Program-made: the position numbers and the translations under genes | Notes under the pieces: generated by a model | Databases searched by the model: none | What the model was told of the DNA's origin: nothing | Seen by the model: only the letters and a program-made list of their open reading frames with translations | Shown here: one piece after another, positions 11,801 to 26,800 of the stretch | Layout: every line of letters starts with the position of its first letter | Numbering within the stretch: position 1 is the first letter of the stretch | Assembly: GCA_002269645.1 (NCBI GenBank) | Contig: NIVC01002362.1 | Location: 62,001 to 126,000, forward strand | Length of the DNA stretch: 64,000 bases | From: Macrostomum lignano | Lineage: Eukaryota | Direction of reading: 5' to 3'

Positions 11801-14800
11801 CTGAAAGAAGCGCACTAAAGCAGCTGTGGCTAGAAGCATTTGGTCAGTATGCTCTCAATCAGGGCTCACTAACAAAGGAGTTTCTAGAACCAATTTGGAA
11901 TGATCTGCAGAATTTGTCGAAAGAATCCGATGTCTACGAACTGTGTGTTGCTCTCTACCGGAGCTGCTTGCATCACTTGCAACAGCAGCATTCGAATCCA
12001 AGTGGACAAGTAGACGATTTTCTACTGAGAGTTGACCTCATGCTGTGCGAAAGTCTGCGTTCTGACAGGTAAATTAATTTTGCGTTGCTAATTTGTCCTC
12101 TGTTTTTGCTTTAAAGCGCAACCCCATAAAATTATGCGTTTTAACTCTACTCTCATCTAAATATTTTAGGACTGCGAAAGACCTACAACAACAGCTGTTT
12201 CTCCACTTAGTTACCAAGCGTGCGCCTAAACAGTCGAATCAACCAGAGGACAGGATTTTGACAATTCTAAAGTTCCCTAAGGCATGGTGCTGGCTTGAAT
12301 CTGAAGACCAACTTACTGAAGAAATTCGTGGCGTCATTAGAAGCGATGCTATGCAGTCAATAACAGACTGGGTGAAGAAGTTGGAAGCCATGGAGCTCAC
12401 AGTATCTCAATTTGAAGTCCGAAAAAAATTTACTAGCGATGAGTATTGGAACCAAGTGGACCAGTTTCTTCGTGCTTGTCGACTTCCAACTAGTGAGCCA
12501 ACACGAAGCCTTGTTTCTAAAATGGAACAAACATTGACCACTTACAAAGGCGACGTTCAAATTGGCACAGAAATACTCGAGTGGCTTTCGACTCGAGGTT
12601 ATTTGAATGACATTTCAGATTACCAGGCAAGGTTTAAGAAAACGTCAGCGGAAGTTGAAGACAAAATTTCGCTGATGAAGTCAACGAACTTTCTAGAGAA
12701 AGTGTTTCAAGGGTACGCCAAAACTGCTCGTGATCTGAGCGGCCTTCTTGAATCCACCATATTCACTGAGATTTACTCACTGGACCAGGGGGCCTATACT
12801 GTTGCCGAAGTATTTGATGTTCTCAGGGATGTTATTGATCGCTACAAACAGTTTCTACAACGAAGTTTAAAGAATAAAAACGTTGCGGATGTCAAGAATA
12901 AGTTTTCTCCAAAGACAGACATTGAATTGGAGCAAGATTTGGCTCAGCAGTTTCTCGGTTGTGAGTCACCAGCTTTATCAGACAAGGAGCTGGTTGAAAA
13001 TTTGAAGTACCGAAAGACATGGAAGCACTACTGCCAGCTGCTCTTGCAGTCACCACTGCAACATTTGTTTGAGCCCTCCGTGCTAGCTGTTTGTGAGAAA
13101 TATTTTAGGAAATGTCGAGGCGGAAGCTTAGTAACAGATTTCAATGAGGCCGCAAAAGGTTTAGTAAAGCTGTGCAAGCCACTGTCACAAAATCACTGGA
13201 ACATTCTAACAAACCTTTGGGAGCGAACTAATGTATTCAAATTCTTGATAGCTCAGGTTAACTCAGACTTTCAGCAGTTGTTCGACGCCGCCAATGACGA
13301 AGATTCAGAAGAGGTGAGCTTTGCTCACATCAATGCCCTCATCAAGCTGCAGGAAATGCTCCGAATGCTAATTCACAAGATCAAATCAGGAGAAGGCATC
13401 TTGGGAATGAAGACAAGCATGGAAGAACTGGCAATGGCTCTTAATATTGGCCTCGAGGGCTCGGATCAGACTGTCTCCGACGCCCGAGCTAAGGATGCCG
13501 TGGAATGTATTGAGACTTGCTTTAGTCATCTTGTAGCTATTCAGAATCTGCACGACAGTTTGTCTTCTCGAGGCGACTCTTCTAGAAAACAAGCTCTAGC
13601 TTTGGTTGAGTGCATGGATGAAGATGATCTTATGTTTTCAATTGAAATTTGTGAGTCTGAATCTACTTGCGAGTTATTCGATGCTACATGTGACGAACAT
13701 TGGCCACTGTCAAAGCTGATTGACCATCGATGCCGCGTGTTAATGATCGTAGGCTCTTCGTACTCTCTCGTCACTGACGATGATCGGAGGAAGTTAAAAA
13801 TATTTGTCGACCTGATCGACTCTCTTGAAAGGGTAAGTTTCTATAATTTTAATTTACCAGGATTACCTATTTATGTAAAATTTAAGAGGAAAAACCTGCA
13901 CTTTTCTTCCCAGGTGTTCCAATTGCATACGAAACTGCAATCAGTCGGTCATCCACTTCACTTCGAAGCCGACAAAAAACGCTCGGCTAAAAAACTGGCA
14001 GATCGAGAGGCAAAGTTTCGCCGTAATTTAGAAATATGGGAATCTGTCCTAAGCGAGGCAAGACAGAAAAGGCCTCTATTAAACCACTTATTCGGCGCAA
14101 ACCTGCTCAGAATGCACCACTTTCTAACCGAAACCAATGTGTCAGATCAACATATACGGCCAATACTTTTATTTGTTAACAGAGATGCACAAAGGCTGCC
14201 GCAGTATGGCAATATGCCGCACCTCGAATTCAACGTCGACAAAGTCAGAAAATTAGGCCCAACAGGGCAGAAAGACATCCTACGAGAACATATCATAGCG
14301 CTCGCTGATTGGCTGTCTCAATTGCCTGCACTTCCCGACCGCCAACTCGATTGCGCTCACCAGCTCCCCGAATCTCCACTGTGTGTTCAACGAGGCCGCT
14401 TGATGGTTTTACGCGTTGATCCCAGTAAAGAGCCGCACTCTGTTAGAGCGTTCCTTACCGTGTGGCGGCAGTCTCAGGTGAGTTGGCAACTTTGCATTAA
14501 GACGTTAGCTCAAGCTCCCGTTTAAAAACTTATCGTGACAGGAATCGCTAGTCATTGCAAACAGCTCACTAGTGACTCTGGGCGAGTTTTGTGGCTTTTT
14601 AAAGACTCAAACGACCGTAATGCGAAGGAAAGTTGACTGTTGAGTTACGAGTCCATCACAAAGGATGTAAAGTCGTAAGAGTCATGAAAGTATCTCCAAA
14701 TGTGTTACAGCTCTCAAATTTCTACTGACTCAAGTAGCCTGAATAGTTATACTCGTAAAAACGAAATGCAACGTTAATGACGCAGATGCGCTTTAGACGC

Positions 14801-17800
14801 AATTCATTGATTCTAAAACGATTCTAGAATGCCTCAGATATGACTCTACTAGAAGCGCCCCATGATTACTTCCGTCGCCCCAGAATCGTTTCAGAGTCGC
14901 AAACAATAAAACGCCTCAAATTGACTCTTAGCTGAATCCTTGACAACCTTTTTGGCGACTTGTACTGTGATATCTTGTCATTTTAGGGTCTTCTAGAGTC
15001 ACTTCTTTTCTACTTTGCCTATTTTGCCTGCAACGACTCTGGGGTGACGCACGTGACTCTGGGACGCTTCTTGACTTAGGTACCGTTTTCGCCGGGGCTT
15101 TCCGAATTTTGAAAACCCAGTTATTCTTTTTTCGCCTTTACAGACTCATTCACCGTTACCGTCGGAGATTCTGTTTTGCTCTGCTGACACCGCCGAGGAG
15201 GAGATTTCACTGCTGCTTCAGCGAAGCGCTAGCAGCCCCAGCCGAGTGCACTACATTCTTTGCACCGAACTGCTCAGTCAGCGGCTGCTCAACCACCTGG
15301 CTGCTAGCATTCTAGGCCTCTGCGATGCAGGCAACCTAGGCCGTCTAGCAGTATTCTGCAGAGCTGCTAGCACACATCGTCTACTTGGAATCTTCAGAGA
15401 CCAATGCCAGCAACAGCAGCCCGTTTTTGACTCGGACTTGCAACTTTCCGCAGCCCTGGACGCGATCTGCGGCGACTCTGTGACACTTGTCCGGTCTGAG
15501 CGGGCTGGATGCGGCAAGACCGAGCTGGTGCGCAGGCTGGCCGCTGACACTGAGAGCCGCCTGCGCTGCGTTCACGTCAGCGGCAAGATCGGCAAGCTCG
15601 ATTTAGCGGAGAAATTAAGCGGCCTAGAGCAGCGTGACCTCCTACATCTGGATGTTGGTTGGATCGATGACGCAGGCGCTCTAGAAACCATGCTGTTTGA
15701 GGCGCTGCTCACCGGGATGCTGTGCCACTCCAGCTATCTGCTGGCGTTCAAACCTGGCCGAGTTGTCATTGAGCTGGCAAACAGTGCCAATGACGAGCTT
15801 GCGGAACAGTTCGTTTTGTTTAACCGCCTCTCTGAACAGAATGTGACGATACTTCAGTGGCGATGTCTTAACGACCTGATGGTATCACGCGAGCCAAAAA
15901 GTCCGGTGCAGATAGTTGCTAAGTATCAGCGAGCTTTGGATTTGCGAAATTTAGATTCGGTTGAAGTTTCGTTAGAAAGCGTACTGGAAGCTGACGAGTG
16001 TCGCTCTAGGCTGCAGAAAGCTCTGGCTCCGCTCGAAGGTCATTCCTACCTGACTGTTACGTCCACGATTCGTGTTCTAGCTGACCAATTGAAGAAGCTG
16101 TCTTCGAGCGCGTTTTTCAAAATCTCCGGCGTCAGAGAAGCGTTCGGTCGCGATGCTTCGCCAACAATTCGATCCGACTTAGTTCGGTTTCTGTTTAAGT
16201 CCATTTGTCAGCTCATGAGCCGATCTGTTGCTCTTTCCAAAGGCAAGCAATCAGAGTCGAAGCGCGGCGTGCACGCCAAGGTCACGGATGATTCCGTTGA
16301 ACGATTCGAGGGCTTCCTCAGCTGGGAATCGTTTAACCACCTGGCGCCCGTGTTTCAGAAGCAGGACATTGCCGCTGTCGAATTGGTCTACCGCAGTCTC
16401 CGCGATGTACCTGACGAAATCCGGCGACTATTCGAGCGAAACATGCACAGCGGCCGGCTGGTTGACTACACTGAGATGAAGCAGGCCAAGCTGCTGGAGA
16501 AGCTGGTACGCATCGCTGGCCGCGGAAACCCTGGCTACCGGCCGCCTGGAGTGCAATTTGATGAGGACGACGAGCCAAGCGGCGGCAGCGGAAGATACGC
16601 CATCACGGCTGACAACTTTCTCAAGATGGTGCTGATCAGCCTGCGAATCGACTGCGACGTGCCGGTGCTCATCATCGGAGAGACCGGATGCGGAAAGACT
16701 AGCCTGATCAGATTCTTGAGCAAAGTAAGCCAGTATGATTTATATGCAATGCTGTAACGCTTGCTAATCAGCTGTGGGATTTTATGGCGGTTACAGAATC
16801 TATATTTAGTCATAGTTGTCTGTTTTTTCATTTCTTCCTCAAGGGCCAGAAAAAAATCCAGCTCGTTGTTGCGGGAAAAATGAGAGTGGAAAGGAGAAGG
16901 AATAAATTTGAGAGAAGAGAGAAGAAGGGAGAGAGGAGAGAGGGAGAGGAGAGGGGAGAGGGAAGAGGAGAGAAGAGAGGAGAGAAGAGATGAGAGAAAG
17001 GAGAGAGGAGATGGAAGAGAGGAGAGAAGGGAGAGAAAGAAAGGAGAGAGGGAGAAAGGGAAAAGAGGAGAGAAGGGAGAGAAAGAAAGGAGAGAGGAGG
17101 AGAGAGAGGGAAGAGAGGAGAGAAGGGAGAAGAAAGGAGAAGAAAGGAGAGAGGAGAGGAGGGAGAGGGGAGCGATGAGAGTAGGGAGGAAAGAAAGGAG
17201 AGAGGATAGGTGATCCGAGAGAACTGACGTGACACACACTTTGAGCGGGCCTGATCGCTATTATAAGTTTCAAAGGACCCGAGGGCCGGATAGAGAGGCT
17301 TCGCGGGTCGCATGTGGCCCACGGGCCGGGGTTCGCCGACCCCTGCTTTACGCAAATATCTTTCTACTTAACTCAGGTACACGAGGCCAGCCTCCGCGTG
17401 CTGAACTTCCACGCGGGCACCACGCAGGAGCAAATTATCCATACTGCCCAGTCTGCCGCCGAGGAGGCCAGGGAACTGATTATTAAACGCAAAACAAGCG
17501 ATAAGATCCGCGACACAAAAACTGTTTGGCTGTTTCTCGACGAGATTAACACCTGCGATCACCTGGGCATGCTGAAGGAGCTCATATGTCACAGGCGACT
17601 ACTAGGTGCTCCGCTGCCGCCCAACCTGCGATTCTTGGCCGCTTCGAATCCCTACAGGCTGAGAGACCCGGATGCCGCTCTGACTGCCGGCTTCCGCTTA
17701 GCCGAACGCGAGCATGACCGCATGCGCCACCTGGTGTACCGGGTCAACCCGCTGCCCGAGTCCATTCTGGACCTGGTGTGGGACTTTGGCCGGCTGCGGG

Positions 17801-20800
17801 ACACCGATGAGGAGCAGTACATCAAGCGGATGCTGCGAGACCAGCTGCCGGAGATGGAGTCGGTTCTGCTGAACGCGCTAGCCGATGCGGTGTGGAAGTC
17901 CCAGAAATTCATTCGAAAGCTGGAGAAACTGAGTACGCAATCAGCTTGCGAGATGTTCGCCGATGCTGCGAGTTCATCGCCTTCTTCGATTGGTTCTACG
18001 AACTGAGGCATGAGAAAAGCGATGTATATCGAAGTTTATCGACTCTGCCTCTGGTCATGTCTTTGTACGTGTGCTACTATGTGCGCATCCGGTCTGCAGA
18101 CAAGCGAACCGAATACGCTTGCGAAATTTTGTCTCTCCTGTCTGACAATGCTGAGGTAAGCTTGATTATCAGCTTTTATACGTTTCTGACCCCATCTGGT
18201 ACAGTTAGCTTCTCCTAAATTTACATAACCATGTAAATGCCCTTTTTGGTACCCGAGTTGTCAGTGAGCACTGGTGCATGTAGATTTATGGCTAATTACA
18301 CGCGTACATGTACATAATCTGCTGTGTCAATACAGAAAACAATACGCGAGGAGCAGGAAGACATTCTCAATCGAATGGAGCTGCCGGAAAATGTGGCTCA
18401 AAACGCGGCCCTGCTAGAGAACGTGTTTATCCTGCTGTGCTGCGTTTACAACAAAGTTCCGGTGTTCCTAGTTGGCAAGCCTGGCTGCTCCAAGAGTCTG
18501 GCCGTCTCTCTGCTCAGAAGCAATTTGCGAGGTCGGGACTCACGCGATCCGTTCTTCAAAGCTCTGCCAGCCCTGAGGTTTTTCTGCTACCAGGGCTCCG
18601 AGGCGTCCACTTCGGAGGGCATCTTCAAAGTGTTCCGCAGAGCCACGAAGAAAGCTGATGAGGATGCGGAAAAGGATGAGTATCGGTAAATTCCCTTGAC
18701 ATACGTGTACTGCTTAGCTCTCTCTGTTCTTTGATGGGGCGTAGCTTAGCGGTCTAGCCACCGATGTATGCGCCATTCGTCCAGTCTCGATTATGCATTC
18801 AAAATGCAGACACATTAATTTGGGGCTAAATTGGAATCTCGGCTTGGGTCTGCTCGTGCAATAAACACCGCCGCTGTACACTCCTTTGTGACTGTGTGCC
18901 TGTGCGTATGTCTGCGTACGTATCCTTGCGCTTGTGTGCGCTGCTCAGGGGAGTCGGCGGAACGGGCAGTGATGCCTCTCGCCGGCTGTGTGACAATGTC
19001 GCTTGAAGTGCGCCAGGGTGCACACAGCCCCTACCTCTAACTAAAAAACCCGTTTGAAAACTTCCTTTCCTTTAAAAACTAACTTCATTAAAAACACAAT
19101 TTGAAGGATGAAGATGCCATTACATCTGGTAGGCACGATGGTCTAGTATCACGTCCGGAATGATAGATGATTGAGCATCACGTCCGGAATGGATGTTAAT
19201 GATGGCATAGTGTTATATCCAGGATTCTTAATCAGTGACGGCTTAGTATTGCATCCGGGATGCTTAATTTATGATTATTGGTGAATGGCATCAGTGATTG
19301 ATCAATGATCAGTGATGGCCATGGCCTAGTATTACATCCGGGATGCTTCAGTACTGAATCATGATGAATGGCATCAGTGTTTGATCAATGATCAGTGACG
19401 AATTAGTATTGAATCCGGGATGCTTAATCAATCATCAGTGATGGTCTAGTGGCATTACATACGAGGTTTATGATGAGTTGTGACCTAACAATACATCCGA
19501 GATGCATTCTTACACTGGTTCACCTCCCTCTCCTCGCAGCTATGTAGTCCTGCTAGACGAGATCGGTCTAGCGGAGAAGTCGCGTCACAACCCGCTCAAA
19601 GTTCTGCACAGCCTCCTAGAGCCTGAAGAGTCGGAATTCACCTGCAAAGCTCGTGTTGCCGTACTGGGCTTGTCCAACTGGGCCCTGGACCCGGCCAAGA
19701 TGAACCGAGCTGTGCACATCTCCAGGCCGGATATGACAACCGAGGAGCTGCTCATCACAGGCAGTGCCATTGTTCTGCAGCAGGACAAGCAAGACGGTCA
19801 GGGCGAGGTTGGCGGTCGAATCGACAAAGAAGATATGCAAAAAATTGCTCAAGCGTGTCACGAATACTTCGACAGCCAAGTAGAAGAGGATTTCCACGGG
19901 CTCAGAGACTACTATTACCTGGTGAAGTTTCTCGCTAAAGAAAATGTTCGAATGCAGTTGAACAAGTTGGCTATACTCAGTCGCGGCTTGGTGAGGAACT
20001 TCTCCGGTCTGGAGCAGCCGTACTTTCTCGAACATTTTGACTTCGCTTACGAGGGACTGGAAAATGCTTACAAGGAAACACTTCGTCAACAAGACAAGGT
20101 TTGCATTTGAATTCTCTTGTTTTCCCAAATCAATTATCACGGATTTTTGTATGGGTCTTGCACATCTTATTCTTGCGCCAAGCTCATTCATTTAGGGCTT
20201 GTGCACTTAAAGGGGATGTGAACTTAAGAGTCAAAATGGAGCCCGAAACATTCGGTCCCGGTTTCTCTACGCCAATCCCTTCATTTGAAGCGTCAAATGC
20301 TAACGGGACGTGATGACCACGAAAAACGCTCTTTTATATGTTTGGTTGAAGAATAGGAGCGATAGTAATGTTACTTTATGCCCCCATTATGTTATCTATT
20401 AATGATGATTATGTTACCCCCCACACCAGCTCTCATTATGTTACCCTGCCTTGATGGAGGACATAATGAGACTGTGAGACTCCCTCACAACCATTCCCTC
20501 CCCCCCCCCGGGTTTTCGGCATATCAGGCGCAATTTTGCTTCAAATAAAAGGGGTTGGCGTAGAGAAATCGGGACCGAACCTCCACGTGCTTGAGGTTAG
20601 CCTGACATGCCTGACGGTTAGTAGAAGGTCAAGGCTGCTGTGCGGAAGCTTAACGTGATCCATGATCTACGCTCGTAACTCGCTAACTAACCGTCCCCTA
20701 GGTATCGGTGCTCATGGAGAGCCTAGAGGACAAGAGCGCGCGGCACTTGATGCTGATCACGGACACTGACCGGGATCTTGACCTGCTGGCCCATGTGCTT

Positions 20801-23800
20801 CAGCGGAAGGAGCGCCCGTTCCGAGTGCTTCACGGCAGCGCATACGATAGGGACCAGCTCAGCGAGCAGTTCGCGCTGAGAAAACTGCATGAAGTGATGA
20901 TGTGCATGGAGAACGGCATTGTTGTGCTGTTCAAGGACTTTGAACTCGTCTACGGCAGTTTGTACGACATGCTCAACCAAAACTACTCCGAGTATAACCA
21001 GTGTCGCTACTGCCGCGTTGCTATGGGAACGCAAGCTAACAAGAATTGCTCCGTTGATGACAAGTTCCGCTGCGTAGTGCTCGTGAGGGCGGACACTCTG
21101 GAGCGCGTGGACAGAGCCTTTCTCAACCGTTTCGAGAAGCAAACGTTCGGATTTGGCGACGTTCTGTCCGCAGAGCAGCGTGGCGCGGTTGAACAGCTTC
21201 GGGACAGTTTTGTTGCTAAGGCGACCAGGTGATTAGCAAATAATTAAGTCAAATAAAGTTGTTACCATTTTAGACGTTTTATCTTAAAACTGCTCTTAGT
21301 CTTAGCAACTCGTAATAGGGTTAGAGAGTCTTTTTTGACCTAGAGACAGCATAGCAACAAAGATACCACAGTTTAAGTTAACTGGTTTTGGCCTAGCTTG
21401 CTGAGTAACCTTGAAGCAACCTTGAAGCAACCTTGAAGCAGCTGAAGCAACCTTGCTGAGTATACTTATGGGGGCTGAGACTGGGGAGAAATCTAAAATT
21501 AAGGGTAGTGCTGCCACCAGCGTGGGAACCGTAGGATCCGCAATGAAGGGGTCTGTTTGGGCTCCACGCAAATAAATAACGCTAGAACAACTAGTCTCAG
21601 ATATTTCAATGTCCAAGTGACAGGACTCAATGGTAGCAATGGCCTGAGCGGCGCAGTCCTGGCACTGACAAATGTCCGCGCTTGAGCGTGTCTGAGTTTA
21701 GCTCTCAGAGGACCCCTAACTCCTGTTAACCTAATAGCTACGTCTCGCGCAGATGGGCGGCCTGCTCAGGCCAAGACCTGCTCAGGAGCGTGCTTTCTGC
21801 TTGAGCGCTGCAATGCTCTACCAAGACCTGCTCAGGAGCTTTGCTTCGCTGTTAACCGGCGCTAGAGCGCTTTCTCGGAGATATACTCAGCAACAGCTAA
21901 ACCCCCCCCCCCCAACTCACGCTGTCACACGGCCCAAAAGTTTTGTATGCCATCGGTGACTCAGAAATGTGTGAAGGCTGCCGCCGCCAGACGCGAGCGC
22001 AAAGTGCGGCATGGGGGATTTGGGGAGGGGGTGGCGCAACTCAACCCACTTAAAGACATTGCTTAACTTTTGTGCCCCTGTGACAGCGTGAGTTGGGGGG
22101 GGGTTTAGCTGTTGCTGAGTATAGCTCTCAACGAGTCTGACCAGCGGTCAAAACGGTTCTGAGGAAAAATTCAGACAAGCGGGCCTGCATTCGTTAATAT
22201 AGAACGCGGAGGGTGGAGCGTTTGGGCATTCCGTGGCTTGACCATGGAACTGCAGCCCGAAAAGTGCGGATAATGATGCACAACAGATATTGATTAAACA
22301 TGGGGGAAAGAGTAGCTTGTACGAAGCGCCGACAGTCGCCTCAAGCCACTAGTGACAAGAGCATGCCAAATTTGGGCTTGTGCGCACAAGGCTGCACGTG
22401 AGGGAGGGTTCAGCTCGGGACACGGGGTCCGCGAAACCCTCAGTCTAAAAATAGAATCACGCATGGGGAGAGGCTCGGACGCAGGAGGAACGAGAGAGCA
22501 GAAGGGGGAAGGGTCCAGAGAGCGCACGGGGGAGGAGTGCTGCTAACTAGACTTGCGTACACTGAGCGATCGTACGCGGCAGGCCAGGCAACAATAGCAA
22601 AGGCAAGCGCCAAATTTGGCGGCTTCCACTAACTAACCCTAGGCTAGGCAAAACTTCCTAATTTCCTATGTTAAAGATTGCGCCATATTGTGCAACTTCT
22701 GAGCGCCAAGGAAGGCTGCTTAGAGTGCATGGAGGCAGCAGAAAATTCCTATTCCAGATACTAGCAGTGGACAGCAGTGCCTAAGATGTGACTGCGGCCC
22801 TATGCTTGCAGCAGAAGGCTGCGGCCACATCAATAGCAACAAGGATTCCACAGTTTATGGTAACTGGTTTTGGCCTAGAGACAGCATAGCAACAATGATT
22901 CCACAGTTTATGTTTACTGGTTTTGGCCTAGAGACAGCATAGCAACAAGAATACCACAGTTTATGGTAACTGGCTTTGGCCTAGAGACAGCATAGCAACA
23001 ATGATTCCACAGTTTATGTTAACTGGTTTTGGCCTAGAGACAGCGTAGCAACAATGATTCCACAGTTTATGTTTACTGGTTTTGGCCTAGAGACAGCATA
23101 GCAACAAGGATACCACAGTTTATGGTAACTGGCTTTGGCCCAGAGACAGCATAGCAACAATGATTCCACAGTTTATGTTAACTGGTTTTGGCCTAGAGAC
23201 AGCGTAGCAACAAAGATTCCACAGTTTATGTTTACTGGTTTTGGCATAGAGACAGCTTAGCAACAAGGATTCCACAGTTTTTGTTAGTTGGTTTTTGGCC
23301 CAGAGATCGGATAGCAACGAAAATACCATAGCAACTGATTTTTCCCATCATGCATCGAGTTAAAACACTCTTACATTCTACTTTCAGTAGAAAGCTAAGC
23401 CTTTTCATTTCCAAAACCACCTAAAACTGCCAATCCGCAGCATAAGCGGCCTGGCATGGCAGGAGGAGCACGAAAAGCTTGAATTTGCCGCCCAAGAGAC
23501 TTTCTGCGGCTATCATCCTGAGCTGGCCGCCTCGCACCTGCTGGTTGGCGCCGACGACTCTGTGGAGGAGACGGCAAAGCGGCTGCCGCAGCACCTGCTG
23601 ACTCAGGCCTTCCCGGACGCTGTGCTGCGCCTGTCGCACAGTGAACTGCCTTCGGAGAGCCGCGAGGCCCTGCAGAGGCAATACTTCCAGGAGCTGTCGG
23701 ACACTTCCCTGGCTCGGCACGTGGCTGAACAGCTTGGCAGAGGCGGCGTCCGGGGGACGGTGGTGTACACCAGGACCCGGATGGAGGACACGGCCTGGAA

Positions 23801-26800
23801 GCTTCAGCTAGGCGTCGAGTGCTCCATCATCCGGCTGATTGACTTTATGGGAGAGGACGAGCTGAGGTGAGAGAGAGGGAGAGTCTTATGACCATCCGGA
23901 AAAACGCCTTTTGAGCGCTATGACCTTCTGGAAAATCGCGAAAATCTAGAAAATCACCCTCTGACCATCTAGAAAATCGCCTTCTGACCATCTAGAAAAT
24001 CGCCCTCTGACCATCTAGAAAATCACCCTCTGACCATCTAGAAAATCGCCTTCTGACCATCTAGAAAATCGCCCTCTGACCATCTAGAAAATCACCCTCT
24101 GACCATCTAGAAAATCGCTCACTGACCATCTAGAAAATCGCCTTCTGACCATCTAGAAAATCGCCCTCTGACCATCTAGAAAATCACCCTCTGACCATCT
24201 CGAAAATCGCCCTCTGACGATCCGAAGAATCGCCCTCTGACCATCTGGAGAATCGCCCTCTGACGATCCAAAGAATCGCCCTCTGACCATCTGGAAAATC
24301 GCCCTCTGACGATCCAAAGAATCGCCCTCTGACCATCTGGAGAATCGCCCTCTGACGATCCAAAGAATCGCCCTCTGACCATCTGGAGAATCGCCCTCTG
24401 ACGATCCAAAGAATCGCCCTCTGACCATCTGGAAAATCGCCCTCTGACGATCCAAAGAATCGCCCTCTGACCATCTGGAAAATCGCCCTCTGACCATCTG
24501 GAAAATCGCCCTCTGACTGCACCATTTTCCTCACCCAACCAATCGCGCAGAGACGAGCTGTCAGCGGCAATTCGCAACTCAGTTGGCGGCGTCGTCGCCC
24601 TGAGCTGTCGGCCGTCGGTGGACGCGGACTCGGCGCCTCAGCTCCGCTGGCTGCTGGAGTCGCTGATGGAGACCGCCAGCGCGGGCCCGACGGCTCTGCT
24701 GTGGATTTTCCACCTGGGCGGCGGCGGCGGCGCTTCGAGGGGCCGCCAGACCTGGCAGTGGTCGCCGCTGCTGCGGGACTGGCGCCTGCTCTGTCTGGAG
24801 TCGCTGGGCGCGGCTGACGACGGCTGCTCGGCCGACACTCTGCGGGATCTGGTGGGCAGCAGCTCCGCGAGGCAGCTGCTCACCGACCGCTGCCCGGCCG
24901 CGGTTCGAACCCGGGCCACTGCCGGGCTGCAGGTTAGTTGAGCAGAGTTTTAAGCGCGCTCGTCACTTTCCTTGCAATCTGTGTCACTTTCCTTGCAATG
25001 TGTGTCACTTTCCTAGCAATGTGTGTCACTTTCTTTGCAATGTGTGTCACTTTACTAGCAATCTGCTTCACTTTCGCAGCAATTTTTTGTCACTTTCCTA
25101 ACAATCTGTCACTTTCCTAGCAATGTGTGTCACTTTCCTAACAATCTGTCACTTTCCTAGCAATGTGTGCCCCTTTCCAAGCAATGGTGTCACTTTCCTA
25201 GGAATGTGTGTCACTTTCCTAGCAATCTGTGTCACTTTCCTAGCAATGTGTGCCACTTTCCTAGCAATGTGTGTCACTTTCTTTGCAATGTGTGTCACTT
25301 TCCTAGCAATGTGTGTCACTTTCTTTGCAATGTGTGTCACTTTCCTTGCAATGTGTGTCACTTTCCTAGCAATGTGTGTCACTTTCTTTGCAATGTGTGT
25401 CACTTTACTAGCAATCTGCTTCACTTTCGCAGCAATTTTTTGTCACTTTCCTAACAATCTGTCACTTTCCTAGCAATGTGTGCCCCTTTCCTAGCAATGG
25501 TGTCACTTTCCTAGGAATGTGTGTCACTTTCCTAGCAATGGTGTCACTTTCCTAGGAATGTGTGTCACTTTCCTAGCAATCTGTGTCACTTTCCTAGCAA
25601 TGTGTGCCACTTTCCTAGCAATGTGTGTCACTTTCTTTGCAATGTGTGTCACTTTCCTAGCAATGTGTGTCACTTTCTTTGCAATGTGTGTCACTTTCCT
25701 AGCAATGTGTGTCACTTTCTTTGCAATGTGTGTCACTTTCCTAGCAATGTGTGTCACTTTCTTTGCAATGTGTGTCACTTTCCTAGCAATGTGTGTCACT
25801 TTCCTAGCAATGTGTGTCACTTTCTTTGCAATGTGTGTCACTTTCCTAGCAGTGTGTGTCACTTTCTTTGCAATGTGTGCCACTTTCCTAGCAATGTGTG
25901 TCACTTTCTTTGCAATGTGTGTCACTTTCCTAGCAGTGTGTGTCACTTTCCTAGCAGTGTGTGTCACTTTACTAGCAATCTGCTTCACTTTCCCAGCAAT
26001 TTTTGTCACTTTCCTAGCAATGTGTGTCACTTTCCTAACAATGGTGTCACTTTCCTAACAATGGTGTCACTTTCCTAGCAATGTGTGTCACTTTCCTAAC
26101 AATGGTGTCACTTTCCTAACAATGGTGTCACTTTTCTAGCAATGTGTGTCACTTTCCTAGCAATCTGTGTCACTTTCCTAGCAATGTGTGTCACTTTCCT
26201 AGCAATCTGTGTCACTTTCCTAGAAATGTGTGTCACTTTCCTAGCAATCTGTGTCACTTTCCTAGCAATGTGTGTCATTTTCCTAGCAATCTGTGTCACT
26301 TTCCTAGAAATGTGTGTCACTTTCCTAGCAATCTGTGTCACTTTCCTAGCAATCTGTGTCACTTTCCTAGCAATCTGTGTCATTTTCCTAGCAATCTGTG
26401 TCACTTTCCTAGCAATCTGTGTCACTTTCCTAGCAATCTGTGTCATTTTCCTAGCAATCTGTGTCACTTTCCTAGAAATGTGTGTCACTTTCCTAGCAAT
26501 CTGTGTCACTTTCCTAGCAATCTGTGTCACTTTCTTTGCAATGTGTGTCACTTTCCTAGCAATCTGTGTCACTTTCCTAGCAATGTGTGTCACTTTCCCA
26601 ACAAAACATCACAACACGCAACGAGTCCCTCGCTCCCGAAACTGCAGGACGCTCTGCTCGAGGCCCTGGAGCCGGGGCCCAGGTTCGAAGCCGCCACCCG
26701 ACTGCTCAGATCTCGGCGTGGACTTGTCGAAGCTCTGATTGATGCTGCCATCAAGCGGGCTGCCAGAGAGGACTTTTGCGGCGACGACGATCTCGACGGC

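Noticed and set aside
16535-17355. Ser/Leu/Pro-rich and Arg/Glu-rich ORFs
   Set aside because: Translations of the intronic GA-rich tract.
24938-26647. Long ORFs of CHFPSN / VTFLAM / KVTHIAR repeats, and the repeat-derived N-terminus of ORF 26144-27820
   Set aside because: They arise from a 21-bp intronic minisatellite that is stop-free in several frames. The real exon starts at acceptor 26647/26648.
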